Assembly (NCBI RefSeq): GCF_001194135.2
Contig: NC_068990.1
Coordinates: 61,376,888-61,440,887, forward strand
Reading direction: 5' to 3'
Length of the DNA stretch: 64,000 nucleotides
DNA from: Octopus bimaculoides
Lineage: Eukaryota
The notes below the pieces were generated by a model. It was not told the DNA's origin, did not search any database, and saw nothing but the letters and a program-made list of their open reading frames with translations. Position numbers and translations under genes: made by a program. Numbering within the stretch: position 1 is the first letter of the stretch; the number at the start of each line of letters is the position of its first letter. Of this stretch, positions 51,962 through 63,400 are shown one piece after another.

Positions 51962-52433
51962 TATGTGCACGACATGGTGATCTCATATCAAGATAAACAG
52001 CGCATGACCTTGCAAGTGGGACCCAGTTAGAATTTTCTTCAGGTCGAGTAGCCCATTCCGCTCAAAAGGTCCCTGAATAAGGTTTGTTTAAGGATGTTGA
52101 GCAAAACACCCATGTTTCCAAAGGTGAATTATTCAAACCCTGAAGAATTCCTCTCAACACATGGCTATGATGCTCCCCCACTACTTTGACTCATGATCAG
52201 AGATGCACATATCATCAGCCACCAAGGAACATGCTCAACTGGTTAAAGTCAAACACCTGACAAGCAAATTTGTGGTATTAAGCAGAATATNNNNNNNNNN
52301 GACAAGCAAATTTGTGGTATTAAGCAGAATATTTGCTGTAGCCCATCTTTTATACCAAGACAAAACAATGTACATGATAACACTTCCAATCATTTAAGAT
52401 TAGAAGCCATAAGAGCCACTGTCTGGTACTGCA

Positions 52434-52434
<1 letters not shown>
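51962..52434 (-). mobile_element. element E copy (left end lies in a gap)
   Basis: Colinear with 54097-54652; followed by (TTA)n. Confidence 0.88.
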
Positions 52435-52487
<53 letters not shown>

Positions 52488-52490
52488 TAC

Positions 52491-53024
52491 TGAGTGAAAG
52501 AGCAGTGCATACTGTCAAAGTAACATTGGGGTAAAATATACAATGCCCATTATACCCATCATGACTACCTGTCTGATAAGGTTATACTAAGCACATGCAA
52601 CACATCCATATGTGTGTGACTTAGTGATCTTATGTCAAGATAAACAGTGCATGATCTTGTAGTTGGGGTCCAGTTAGAATGTTCTTCATGTCAAGTAGCC
52701 CATGCCACCCAAAAGGGCCTGAATAAGGGTTTTTAAGGGATATTGAATGAAAAGCCCCTTTTTTAGACTCCAAAGAATTCCTCTCAACACATGGCTATCA
52801 TGCTCCCCCACTACATCTACCCATGATCAGTGATGCATATATTGTTAATCACTTAGGGACATGTTCAGCTTGTTAAGATCAAGCAACTGATAAGCAAATC
52901 TGTGGAATTGAGCAGAATATTTGCTGTAGCCCATCTTTTATATCAAGACAAAATACATACATGACACTTCCAATCAGTTAAGATCAGAAACCATTAGAGC
53001 CATTGCCTGGTGCTGCATCAGGGC

Positions 53025-53027
<3 letters not shown>
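52491..53027 (-). mobile_element. element E, full copy between (TTA)n arrays
   Basis: TGAGTGAAAGAGCAGTGCAT ... TGCATCAGGGCATTTA. Confidence 0.88.
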
Positions 53028-53079
<52 letters not shown>

Positions 53080-53082
<3 letters not shown>

Positions 53083-53564
53083 TTATGTTTGACTTTTGTT
53101 TTGCATTTGTACAAGTTGGATCCAAGTCTCACCCAGAGACCTCAAGAGACAACAAGTTAGAAGTTCATGTAAGTGTTATGCCTAGGGTACCATATATTTG
53201 GATTTGTACAGTTTTGTTCAAGTGAATGTTTAAGAAACCATAAGAAAATTATGTGTTTGCTTTAAAATTTGAGATCACATAGACAGTATTTTACGTAGGA
53301 TATGGGCAGTTCCCATGAGCACTATCTTTTGAACTTCAGCCATNNNNNNNNNNNNNNNNNNNNNNNNNNNNNNNNNNNNNNNNNNNNNNNNNNNNNNNNN
53401 NNNNNNNNNNNNNNNGTTTATATCGATTGGGGCAGTCATATCAATGAGGAGGCATGATTTTTGTCTGAAGTCTTTCAGTATGATGTCTGGCCTATTTGCG
53501 TCTATCTTTCTATCAGTTTGAATGGTGAGGTTCCAGAGGAGTGCAATGTGATCATTTTCAAGTA

Positions 53565-53565
<1 letters not shown>
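53080..53565 (-). mobile_element. 5'-truncated R4/Dong-type element embedded in (TAA)n
   Basis: ILENDHIALLWNLTIQTDRKIDANRPDIILKD...CLLIDM; EVQKIVLMGTAHILRKILSM*; ~200-bp UTR, then (AAT)n. Uninterrupted frame apart from the N gap. Confidence 0.92.
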
Positions 53566-53624
<59 letters not shown>

Positions 53625-53664
53625 CATTATTATTATTTTGCAGTATCATTAGAGCATCATAGAA

Positions 53665-54085
53665 AATGCTTTGCAGCATGTTTTGGCACTTTATGTTTTG
53701 AGTTCAAGTTCTGCCGAGATCATCCTTCCAAAATTGATAAAATAAGGTACTGACAAGTACTGGAGATAGAATAGGGTCAATGCACTCAACTTAACCCCTC
53801 CTCTTAATAATATAGGTTTTGTGCCTAAAATATTATTGTTATTGTTGTTATTATTATTGTTGTTGTTGTTGTTGTTATTGAGTTGGCAGAACTGTTAGCA
53901 CCCCAGGCAAAATGCTTAGTTACATTTCATCCATCTTTACATTCTGATTTCAAATTCTGTTGAGGTTGACTTTGCTTTTCATCATTTTGGGGTTGATATA
54001 ATAAGTACCAGTTGAGCACTGTGGTCAATGTAATTGACTATACCCCGTCCCCAAAATTGCTGGCCTTGTGCTAAAATTTAAATCT
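53665..54085 (+). mobile_element. two tandem SINE D copies (53665-53825 partial; 53880-54085)
   Basis: GAGTTGGCAGAAC...AAATGCTTAG...TGAGGTTGACTTTGC...GCCTTGTGC. Confidence 0.82.
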
Positions 54086-54096
54086 ATTATTATTAT

Positions 54097-54649
54097 TGAG
54101 TGAGAGAGCAGTACATGCCATCAAAGTGATACCAGGGTACAATATATGAAACCCAATATACCCATTGTGACTACCTGTCTCATACGGGTACACCAGGCAC
54201 ATACATCACAACCATATGTGCACGACATGGTGATCTCATATCAAGATTAATAGCACATGATCTTGCAGGTGGGGCCCAGTTAGAATTTTCTTCAGGTTGA
54301 GTAGCCCATCCTGCTCAAAAGGTCTTTGAATAAAGGTTACTTAAGGTTGATGAATGAAACACCCATGCTTCCAGAGGTGAATTATTCAACCCTTGAAGAA
54401 TTCCTCTCAATACATTATTATGATGCTCCCCACTACTTATGCGCATGATCAGAAATGCACAGATCATCAGCCACAATTGGACATGTCCAACTGGTTAAGG
54501 TCAAGCAATTGGCAAGCAAATCTGTGGAATTGAGCAGAATATTTGCTGAAACCCATCTTTTATACCAAGACAAAACATATACATGATAACCCTTCCAATC
54601 CGTTAAGATCAAAAACCATGAGAGTTAGTGCCTGATATTTCATCAGGGC

Positions 54650-54652
<3 letters not shown>
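54097..54652 (-). mobile_element. element E, full copy between (TTA)n arrays
   Basis: TGAGTGAGAGAGCAGTACAT ... CATCAGGGCATTTA. Confidence 0.88.
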
Positions 54653-54709
<57 letters not shown>

Positions 54710-54726
54710 CATTAGTATTATTATTA

Positions 54727-54851
54727 TTGTTCAGTAGTTTTATTTTTATAACGTGCTTTCACTTCACTACCGAGCGCAGCTCTGTGTGCCTTGGGTATGT
54801 GCTGTGGTTTGCTGTGATGCTCTTATGGTTACTGTATTGAAAGTGTTTTGC
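54727..54851 (-). mobile_element. extreme 3' end of another R4/Dong-like family
   Basis: Minus strand reads KTLSIQ*, a short UTR, then (AAT)n. Confidence 0.55.
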
Positions 54852-54884
54852 ACACTATTATTATTATTGTTATAATGACTGTTA

Positions 54885-55105
54885 TAATTAAGGTGAGCTT
54901 GTAGAATTGTTAGCATGCCTAGTGAAATGTTTAGCAGTGTTTTGTCAGTCCTTACGTTCTGAGTTCAAATTCTGCTGAGGGTGATTTTACTTTCCATCTT
55001 TTCGGGGTTGATGAAATGAGTACCAGCAATGCACTGGGGTCGATGCAATCGTTTTGACCCCTCCCCAGAAATGTCAAGCCTTGTGCTTATAGTAGAAAGG
55101 GTTAT
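54885..55105 (+). mobile_element. SINE family D
   Basis: TAAGGTGAGCTTGTAGAATTGTTAGC...GTAGAAAGG-(TTA)n. Confidence 0.85.
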
Positions 55106-55344
55106 TATTATTACTTGTAATGGAAAGTGAAGGGAGATAGGGAAGTGCTGCCCACCAACAATTTTGTTCAAAGGTGAGAGAATGTGGCATGAATGTTATG
55201 AGTGCTCCTGTAGATGATGTGGTGAGGGTACATGCCCTAGTGGCCAGGGCCTCCATGGCTTTGTAGGGTTTCAATAAGCAGCCCTACGTAGTTTCCCTCT
55301 TTTAGGTAATTATTCTTTCTTAAAATTTATATTTTTGTGATATT

Positions 55345-55995
55345 TTTAGACAAAACCCAAGCAGATTTCCAATGTAGATTATGCAAATCAAAAGAAAGCA
55401 TTACTCATGTAGTAAATGAATGTAGCATGCTGCCACAGAAAGAATACAAGAAAAGACATGATAATCTAGAGAGAGTAATACACTGGGAGTTGTGTAGAAA
55501 GCTAGGATTTGAACATACTGATAAATGGTATAAACATGAACCTAGTAAAATACTAGAAAATAAGAAGTATAAGATGTTGTGGGACTTCAACATTCAAACT
55601 GACAGAGTAATAGAAACTAGAAGGCTTGATTTGGTAGTTGTAGATAAAGAGAATAGAAAGTACCAGATAATAGACTTTACAGTCCCGAATAATGTAAACA
55701 TTAATATGAGAAGTATAGAAAAAAATAGCTAAGTACCAGGACCTAGCCATTGAATTACAGGGACTATGGAAAGTGAGGGTAAAATGTATCCCAGTAGTTA
55801 TAGTTGCATTGGGAACAGATGGATAGAGGAAATAGGCATAAAACCCAATTTAGTACAGCTCCTGAAAACAGTGTTATTAGGGACAGCTAGGATACTTAGG
55901 AGGGTTCTTGGCATCTAAGGTTACTTGTTGTAGCCCGATGTAAGGATTTTTTCTTTTCCAACAGTCTAGTCTGTTGAGTGTATATGGAAATAACA
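55345..55995 (+). mobile_element. R4/Dong-type retrotransposon: CCHC knuckle, RLE endonuclease and 3' UTR
   Basis: CRLCKSKESITHVVNEC, RHD, WYKHEP, LWDFNIQTD, RRLDLVVVDKE, IIDFTVP, KYQDLAIEL..LW, VLLGTARILRRVL*. Confidence 0.93.
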
Positions 55996-56034
55996 ATAAT
56001 AATAAAACATTATTATTATTATTATTGCTGTTGT

Positions 56035-56165
56035 TGCTAAGGTGGTGAACTGGCAGAATTGTTAGCATGCTGGGTGAAATGCTTAGTAGTATTTCGTCTG
56101 TCTTCATGTTCTGAGTTCAAATTCTGCCAAGGTCAACTTTGCTTTCATCCTTCCGAGGTCGATAT
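56035..56165 (+). mobile_element. SINE family D, 5' part
   Basis: TAAGGTGGTGAACTGGCAGAATTGTTAGC. Confidence 0.82.
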
Positions 56166-56408
56166 TATTACATTGACCATAAAGGCATGCTCAAACTGGG
56201 ATGTGGTTTAAAATTCTTTTTGTTTTCTGTATAAAAGACAATCTATTTCTTTTTCGTGAATTTTTTTTTCCCATTTTGCTCATTTTGCTCCAGCAATTGA
56301 GATTTATCAAGTTTAATAATATTCACTGGGGTCAAATCTAACCCACACAGGGAATGAAAAGAGTGTTTAATTGAATTAAACACAAACAGAGAGAGAGAGA
56401 TGTAGGAA

Positions 56409-56485
56409 AGAGAGAAGAGAGTGGGAGAGGAAGAGAGAAGAGAGTGGGAGAGGAAGAGAGAAGAGAGTGGGAGAGGAAGAGAGAG
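56409..56485. repeat. 23-bp minisatellite x3 (GAGAGAAGAGAGTGGGAGAGGAA)
   Basis: Seen directly. Confidence 0.85.
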
Positions 56486-56639
56486 AGAGAAAGAGGCAAA
56501 AAGATGACTGTGTCAAGCATCTGCTTAACAAATAACATAGTGTTGTTTCTATGACAACGGCAGATGATGCCAGAAAAAAAAAGAGTACAAAAAATGGCTG
56601 TCATTTGCTTCAAATCAACTCACTGATTCTGAAGGAAAA

Positions 56640-57280
56640 GTCAACAACAACAACAACAACAACAACTATAATTACAACAGAAGCAACAACAACAACGACA
56701 CCAACAACAATGGGAAAGGTAAGAAGACAAATGAAAATTTATTCAACTTCAACAAAGATTTCCCACGTTTGACACCTTCCGAGTGAAGTAACAACATTGG
56801 CAGAGCAATCAACAAGAACAAATGGCAGCAGCATATTGGGGACATCAGTGGATGAATTTCTCCACCACTACCACCACCACTGACACCACAACTACAACCA
56901 CCATCACAACCAACATCACTGTTGCCACCACCACTACCACCACCACCACTGCCGCCGCCGCCGCCACCACAGCCACCACCAGTGACACCACAACCACTAC
57001 CACCACCACCACCACCACTACCACCACTAAGACCACTACCACCACTACCACCACCACCACTGCCNNNNNNNNNNNNNNNNNNNNNNNNNNNNNNNNNNNN
57101 NNNNNNNNNNNNNNNNNNNNNNNNNNNNNNNNNNNNNNNNNNNNNNNNNNNNNNNNNNNNNNNNNNNNNNNNNNNNNNNNNNNNNNNNNNNNNNNNNNNN
57201 NNNNNNNNNNNNNNCACCACCACCACCACCACCACCACTGCAACCACCACCACCACCACTGCAACCACCACCACCACTGG
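56640..57280. repeat. (CAA)n and (CAC)n trinucleotide arrays around a gap
   Basis: Seen directly; the poly-Thr/Pro/Gly ORFs are artefacts. Confidence 0.95.
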
Positions 57281-57489
57281 TAACTGTTTACACAGCAGCA
57301 CAAGGCAGCAGCAGTATCATCATTGAGAACACTATCCAGACCACAGCTACAACCACAACAATATCAATTTCTACTAAATACAACAAACATTCCTCCAACA
57401 GTTCAGTTTATACCAATAAACAGCAAATCATTAACAGGGGTTCTTTGATATTGAATAATGAGACTGCTGATGTGCAATTTTTATCTAAT

Positions 57490-57702
57490 AATGGTCTTAA
57501 ATTTTGACACAAGGCCAGCAATTTTGGGGGTGGAGTAAGTCGATTACATCGACCCCAGTACTTAACTGGTATTTATTTTATCGACCTCAAAAAGATTAAA
57601 GGCAAAGTCAACTTCAGCAGAATTTGAACTCGGAACACAAAAATGGATGGTTTGCCACTAAGCATTTACCAGCATGTTAACAAATCTGCCTGCTTGCTGT
57701 GT
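57490..57702 (-). mobile_element. SINE family D
   Basis: Reverse complement of a full D element; its head abuts the TTAA of the MITE. Confidence 0.85.
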
Positions 57703-57705
57703 TAA

Positions 57706-58314
57706 TCCTTTAGTATTTAAACTGGCCTTATCTGACCAAAATATTCTACCAACTTAACGTTCACAGCAGCCAGATCTAGCCTCTCACACCTATTTTAATA
57801 TCATTCTTCTAAAAATAAACAATAGGTGCAGGAGTGGCTGTGTGGTAAGTAGCTTGCTTACCAACCACATGGTTCCAGGTTCAGTCCCACTGTTTGGCAC
57901 CTTGGGCAAGTGTCTTCTACTGTAGCCTCGGGCCGACCAAAGCCTTGTGAGTGGATTTGGTAGACGGAAACTGAAAGAAGCCCATCGTATATATGTATAT
58001 ATATGTGTGTGTTTGTCCCCCCCCCAACATCGCTTGACAACCGATGCTGGTGTGTTTACGTCCCGTAACCTAGCAGTTCGGCAAAAGAGACCGATAGAAT
58101 AAGTACTAGGCTTACAAAGAATAAGTCCTTGGGTCGATTTACTCGAGTAAAGGTGGTGCTCCAGCATGGCTGCAGTCAAATGACTGAAACAAGTAAAAAT
58201 AAAAAAAAAATCACATCATCAAAATCTTGAAGCTACAAGATAGCGCATGATTAATTCTAAACAATGTGAATAAATAAGCTTTATGTATGACAGAGTAATC
58301 TCAATGCAAAAGGG
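57706..58314 (+). mobile_element. piggyBac-like MITE split by a SINE B insertion
   Basis: The left half ends AAAATAAACAAT (57823) and resumes TCACATCATC (58211); TTAA at the outer ends. Confidence 0.85.
57823..58210 (+). mobile_element. SINE family B, full length
   Basis: tRNA-like head GGAGTGGCTGTGTGGTAAG...GGTTCAGTCCCA; A-rich tail; TSD-like TAAAAATAAA on both sides. Confidence 0.92.
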
Positions 58315-58511
58315 TTTAAGTGTTAGATAATATTAGCAGATAGACTGTAAGTTATAGATATATCAATGCAAAAACTGGTTGTGTTATAAATTTATCAAAT
58401 TGACAGTCTGAAAATGCTAAAGAAGGAGGATATGAAATCACAAAACTTTTGACTTTCATGGCATGTATTTTGGAAAAAGAGATTTGAACTTATTATGTTG
58501 CCCCTCTAAAG

Positions 58512-58848
58512 TAGGGGTTCATATGGTCTCTGTGGGTCCATATAATATTTTTGGAAGTCCACGCAACAAGAGAGTGAATTGGGGATACAAAATAATATTT
58601 TAAGGGACCTTGGAAAGACTTAGATGTGTGTACTTGTATTGCAAAAAATAAAAAAAGAACAGCTAGTTTTCCTATAACATTTTACATTAGTTCAAACTAC
58701 ATAAGTTAATGTGTGAAAAACAAAATAGGAATTTTGAAACAAGTATCTATAAAACTAGTTTTTAAACATTGAATGGCTATAGGGGTTCACCTGAACAAAA
58801 TAGTAATTAAAGGGGTCCATAGATAAAAAAAATGGCTGAGAACCCCTG
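58512..58848 (-). mobile_element. hAT-type MITE with perfect 8-bp TSD
   Basis: CTCTAAAG at 58504-58511 and 58849-58856; right TIR GGCTGAGAACCCCTG; left TIR partly deleted. Confidence 0.9.
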
Positions 58849-59099
58849 CTCTAAAGGATGAGGAAATTTTGCTACTTCCTTCCTACATTGGGAAAAGACT
58901 GGTGAAGATGAAGGGAAAAATATTCTGCTAAAAATAAACATGGTGTTTGATAGCCACCATAATAGGAAGATGAGATGAGTATCTTACAAAAAATTCACAA
59001 GGAGAGTGGATGGTCAGATACTAATAAGCATATGACATGAATACAACCTGAAAATATTGAGAAAATACCAGACTTCCTCATAATTTCAAATGGGGTGCA

Positions 59100-61560
59100 G
59101 TTGTCAGTAGAGGTGAATGGTAGAATTTATGATCCCATGTATGTGAAATAAGGCCTTGCACTGAAAAACAAAGGGAAAATGGCTGACTGGTGGGTTTCAG
59201 TGGTGGAGGTGCAATATGACAACAAAACCACAATTTAGGTCTTTGACAGATTAAGATAGGTGTTTGTTTACTCAGTTTCAAGCAGCTTTCCAACAACATT
59301 TCGCTCAACTATTCAAGGTAAGCAATAAGTCAGAGATGATAATGGACTTTAGTGTTTACCTTGATGGTTTGCTGGGGATATTAATAGATGTGATGAGTTC
59401 AAAAAGCTGATAACAACAACAGAAGTATGGGTGGTGATGAGCAATTGCACAAGGGGGAAAATTGCTGGGTTTGGATAGTCTGCCCTTCAAATTCATTCCA
59501 GACTTGTTTGGTGATCTCTTGGGAGATGTCAGTCACAACTGACAGCAGAATGGGAGAATTTCCTGTTCTGAGTCAGGAAAGTGTAAGCTGTCAAGAAAGG
59601 TGGCCACATGGACAATTTTAGAACCAAAACTTAACCAAACACAGTGTTTAAGATTTTTGGCCAAGGTGTCAGAGAAAAGATTGGTCCTTGTCAATGATCT
59701 GGTCAGGGAAGTGTGCACCTAGTTCGTCTATGGCAAATTACATCTTATAGGATATATTTAGAGTGGTTTGGGTACAATGCTAGCTGTAGTGAAGCCTGAT
59801 CAACAGGGATCAGTCAAAAAACTTTTAACAAGGACAAATATTGTTAACCCTGTGTGTGTAAGGGAAGCAGGGTTATTGTAGTTGCTCATCTTTGTCTGTT
59901 TGTCTGTGCAAAATTACTGGAAAACAGTTGAATAGATTTTTGCCAAATTTGGTAGAAATACTCATTGGGTAAGTGGCTCGAACTTATTAAATTTTGGTAT
60001 GATTATCTTCAAAACTGGTTGACAGGTGAATCAAAACGTTTTTTTTTTCTTTGTTACATATGCATAAACAATAACACTTGATGTTATATTTTGAAATATG
60101 AATTTGTCTGAGAATATATTTATTAGATTAAATTTTATTTCATTCTTTTGTGCATGCAGGGTATGCATCATCCCTTCAATGCCTTTTTTTCTCATTTACT
60201 AAGAAGCTGTTCTAAAAGTGGTTGAATTCAGATCCCTTTTCAGAGGCTGGATTGCCGAATTTCCTCAATGTGTGATGATACTGATAAGGACCACCTGTTC
60301 TCACCTCCTCTGTTCATGCTGGCTCTTGAACCACAGCTACATTTGTTGGAACAGTTGAGAGGCATTCCATTTGAACTGGGACTAGGGAGGCCATGCTGGT
60401 GTTTGCAGATGTCACCAGCATGCCACTGAAATGGAAGTGGTTGGTACCATTCTAGACAAAGATGTGATAGCTGCAGGGTTAAGACCAACCTGGCAAAGCT
60501 CTGCACCTAGTGAAATGAGTTCATGCCAGTGGACAGCATCACAAGATGCTAGCCTAATCAACTGGTTAAATTGCTTTGGGTTTGCTTTGGTCCAGACTTT
60601 CAAGTAAGCTGGAACTAGGGCATGATAATGAGAAAGGTGGCCAATCGTACCCAGTAATGGGCCGAATAGAAGTTTTCTTGAAAAGTTGGTTAGAGATGGC
60701 AAATGGTTAAATTGCTTCTATATTGCTTATTTACTGACCATTGTGTCTTGCCTTGATTACCGCACAATCAAACTGGAGCGTTTGCTATTTGATTTCCTGA
60801 TGAAGGAATGAATTTCACTGGTCAGGCAGTTATCTGCTGCCAGCACTCATTGCATTGGCAGGTTAGACATTCCTTCGGTAGCTGAAGTGCAGACATGCAC
60901 CAAGGCTGTGATACCTGCAGTGACTCCATGATGGTGTTCAGATGCCAGCAACATCCATAAGGTACATCTCACAGTTTGTCCCCTTGATGGAGCTATAGTC
61001 TTAGATGAAGCAGAGCAACATTAGGTGACTGACATCTAAAATATCATTAGGCTCTACAAATATCAATACCTCTTACAAGTCAAGCAACTGGGTTGAAGGA
61101 TATTCCATTGTAGCAGCAATGTTTAGAGGGTTAGTGTTGGGAGGAGAGAGTGACGACATTCTTGGGGAAACTCTATGTTGTGGCAAAATTAACTGGATAG
61201 TCTGTTCTGAAAAACTTTTGGATTGGTGATTACAGTGTATAACCTCCAGATGTTCTTGTCCTGGCAGTGCTAATGAGGAGCTCTACTTGTATGAGACAAA
61301 CAGAAGTGTCATTAGATAGATCTGTCAAAGATTTACACAGAGTAATGAGACCATTTCACATGCAGTCTTTCAGTGTTCAAGCATTGAAGACTTGTGGAAT
61401 TATGTCAAACAGCTACTGTCACAGGTGCGATGGACCCAACTATCAGTTGAATCTATTGCAAGGATTGCCCTGCCAATATCCTTCAAGCAGAAGTCAGTTT
61501 TCCCTTGTCTTGTGGGCTATCTGTGGGTTGGATAATACTGAAAGATCTGAGGACAAAATA
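59100..61560 (+). mobile_element. degenerate Tx1/L1-clade LINE ORF2 remnant
   Basis: Colinear motifs: AFQQHFAQLF, GLDSLP..PDLFGDLL...N*QQNG, SPPLFMLALEP, FADVT, KLERLLFDFL, CQRF...ETISHAVFQC...LWNYV. Confidence 0.85.
59846..60045 (+). mobile_element. Helentron/HINE-like non-autonomous element inside the Tx1 remnant
   Basis: GTCTGTTTGTCTGTGCAAAATTACT...GATTTTTGCCAAATTTGG...TTAAATTTTGG resembles DINE-1/HINE-type repeats. Confidence 0.45.
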
Positions 61561-61846
61561 TACCACATTGATTTTTTATGTTTCACTTAAAAAGAAAAGT
61601 AAATATGAAGAAAGGGATATTGTACTTGAGTGAATTTATTGAATAAGTGAGAGTGTCAAAAATGGAGAGTGTCTCCAAAAAAAGTAATTACTCAGTGTAG
61701 CCCTTGTAAATTGCAAAATAACAGTTAGAGAGGGCATTTGTTCTCATTCAGAATGAACTGGGACCTGTGAGGTTCTTTCATTGGCTCTGGATGGAGGGGC
61801 CCCCTGTATCATGGAGACTGCATCATCTTTGATTATTTGTATACCA

Positions 61847-62770
61847 TAAGGCGGCGAGCTCACAGAATAGTTAGCATGCTGGGCAAAATGCTTAGTGGCA
61901 TTTCGTCCGCCTTTATGTTCTGAGTTCAAGTTCTTCCAAGGTCAAATTTGCCTTTTATCCTTTTGAGGTTGATGAAATAAGTACCAGTGAAACACTGAAG
62001 TCAATGCAATCGACATACCCCCTCTCCCACAATTTCAGGCCTTGTGCCTTTAGTAGAAAGGCTTATTTGTATACCATAAAGCAATAAGCCGACAGAATTG
62101 TTAGCATGCTGGTCAAGATGCTTAGTGGCAATTCATCCATCTTCACATTCTGAGTTCAAATACCATCAGAGTCAACTTTGCCTTTCCTTTTGAGGTGAAT
62201 AAAATTAGTACCAGTTGAGTACTGGAGCTGATGTATTCAGCTTACCCCCTCCCCTGTAATGTGAAGGCATATGGTTTAGCGGTTAGGTGTTGGACTCATG
62301 ATTGCAAGATTATTGTTTTGATTTCTGAACTTGGTAACATATTGTATTCTTGAGCAAAACACTTCATTTCACATTGCTCCAGTCCACTCAGCTGGCAAAA
62401 CTTAGTAATCCTGCAATGGACTGGCATCCCATCCAGGTGGGGAATTTATGCATCGTGGAAACCAAGAGACTGGCCCTTATGATTCGGCATGACTCAAGAA
62501 ATTAACTTTACCTTTACCTCAACTACAGTTGCTGGCTTTGTGCCAAAGTTTGAAGCCATAAGGCTGTGAGTCAGCAGAATTGTTAGCATGCCAGACAAAA
62601 TGCTCAGCAGCATTTAGCCTGTCTTATGTCCTGAGTTCAAACTCTTCCATGGTCGACTTTACCTTCCATCATTTTGGGGTCAGTGACATAAGTATCAAAT
62701 GAGCACTGGGGGTTGAACTAATCTATTAGCTCTCTCCACCAAAATTTCAGGTTTTGTGCCTATAACAGAA
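61847..62770 (+). mobile_element. head-to-tail SINE array: D (61847-62062), D (62077-62250), C-like (62260-62510), D (62560-62770)
   Basis: Family heads and bodies recognisable; the first copy is flanked by a 17-bp TSD TTATTTGTATACCATAA. Confidence 0.85.
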
Positions 62771-63099
62771 AGGATTTATTTCTAAACAATGTTTATTTGT
62801 AGTTCATTTTTTTTTTCCATTTCCTTGTTCAAATTGTTTTATGTAACTGCCCACATATTATATATGTCTTTGTGATTGTTTCTCTCATCCATGGTCCTAG
62901 TGGCATACAAGAGTAATCATCGTCATCATCATCATCATCAACGTTACAATCATCACCACCATCCTCCTCCTCCTCCTCCTCATCGAAAGACAGCAGGTTA
63001 TTAAATTCATCATTTATTTCTTTGCTTTTTCTTACTATATCGCCAAACAATGATGGAAGAGATGTACTACATGTTCTTAACTACTTCAGATGAACTCTT

Positions 63100-63306
63100 T
63101 ATGTGCGTGTGTGTGTATGCATGTGTATATGTATGTATGTATGTATGTATGTATATATGTATGTATGTATGTATGTGTGTATGTATGTATGTATGTATAT
63201 ATATATATATATATATGTATGTATATGTATGTATNNNNNNNNNNATGTGTGTATATATACACACATACACATATGTATATATGTATACATACATAGATAT
63301 ACATAC

Positions 63307-63347
<41 letters not shown>

Positions 63348-63400
63348 CATACACACACACACACACACTCACACACACACACACTCACACACACATATCA
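63100..63400. repeat. compound (TATG)/(TA)/(CA)n microsatellite
   Basis: Seen directly. Confidence 0.97.

Noticed and set aside
59276-59317. Apparent 42-nt plus-strand exon FQAAFQQHFAQLFK with good splice sites
   Set aside because: It lies colinear within the Tx1-like ORF2 remnant, so LINE coding sequence explains it. Exonisation cannot be excluded without RNA data.
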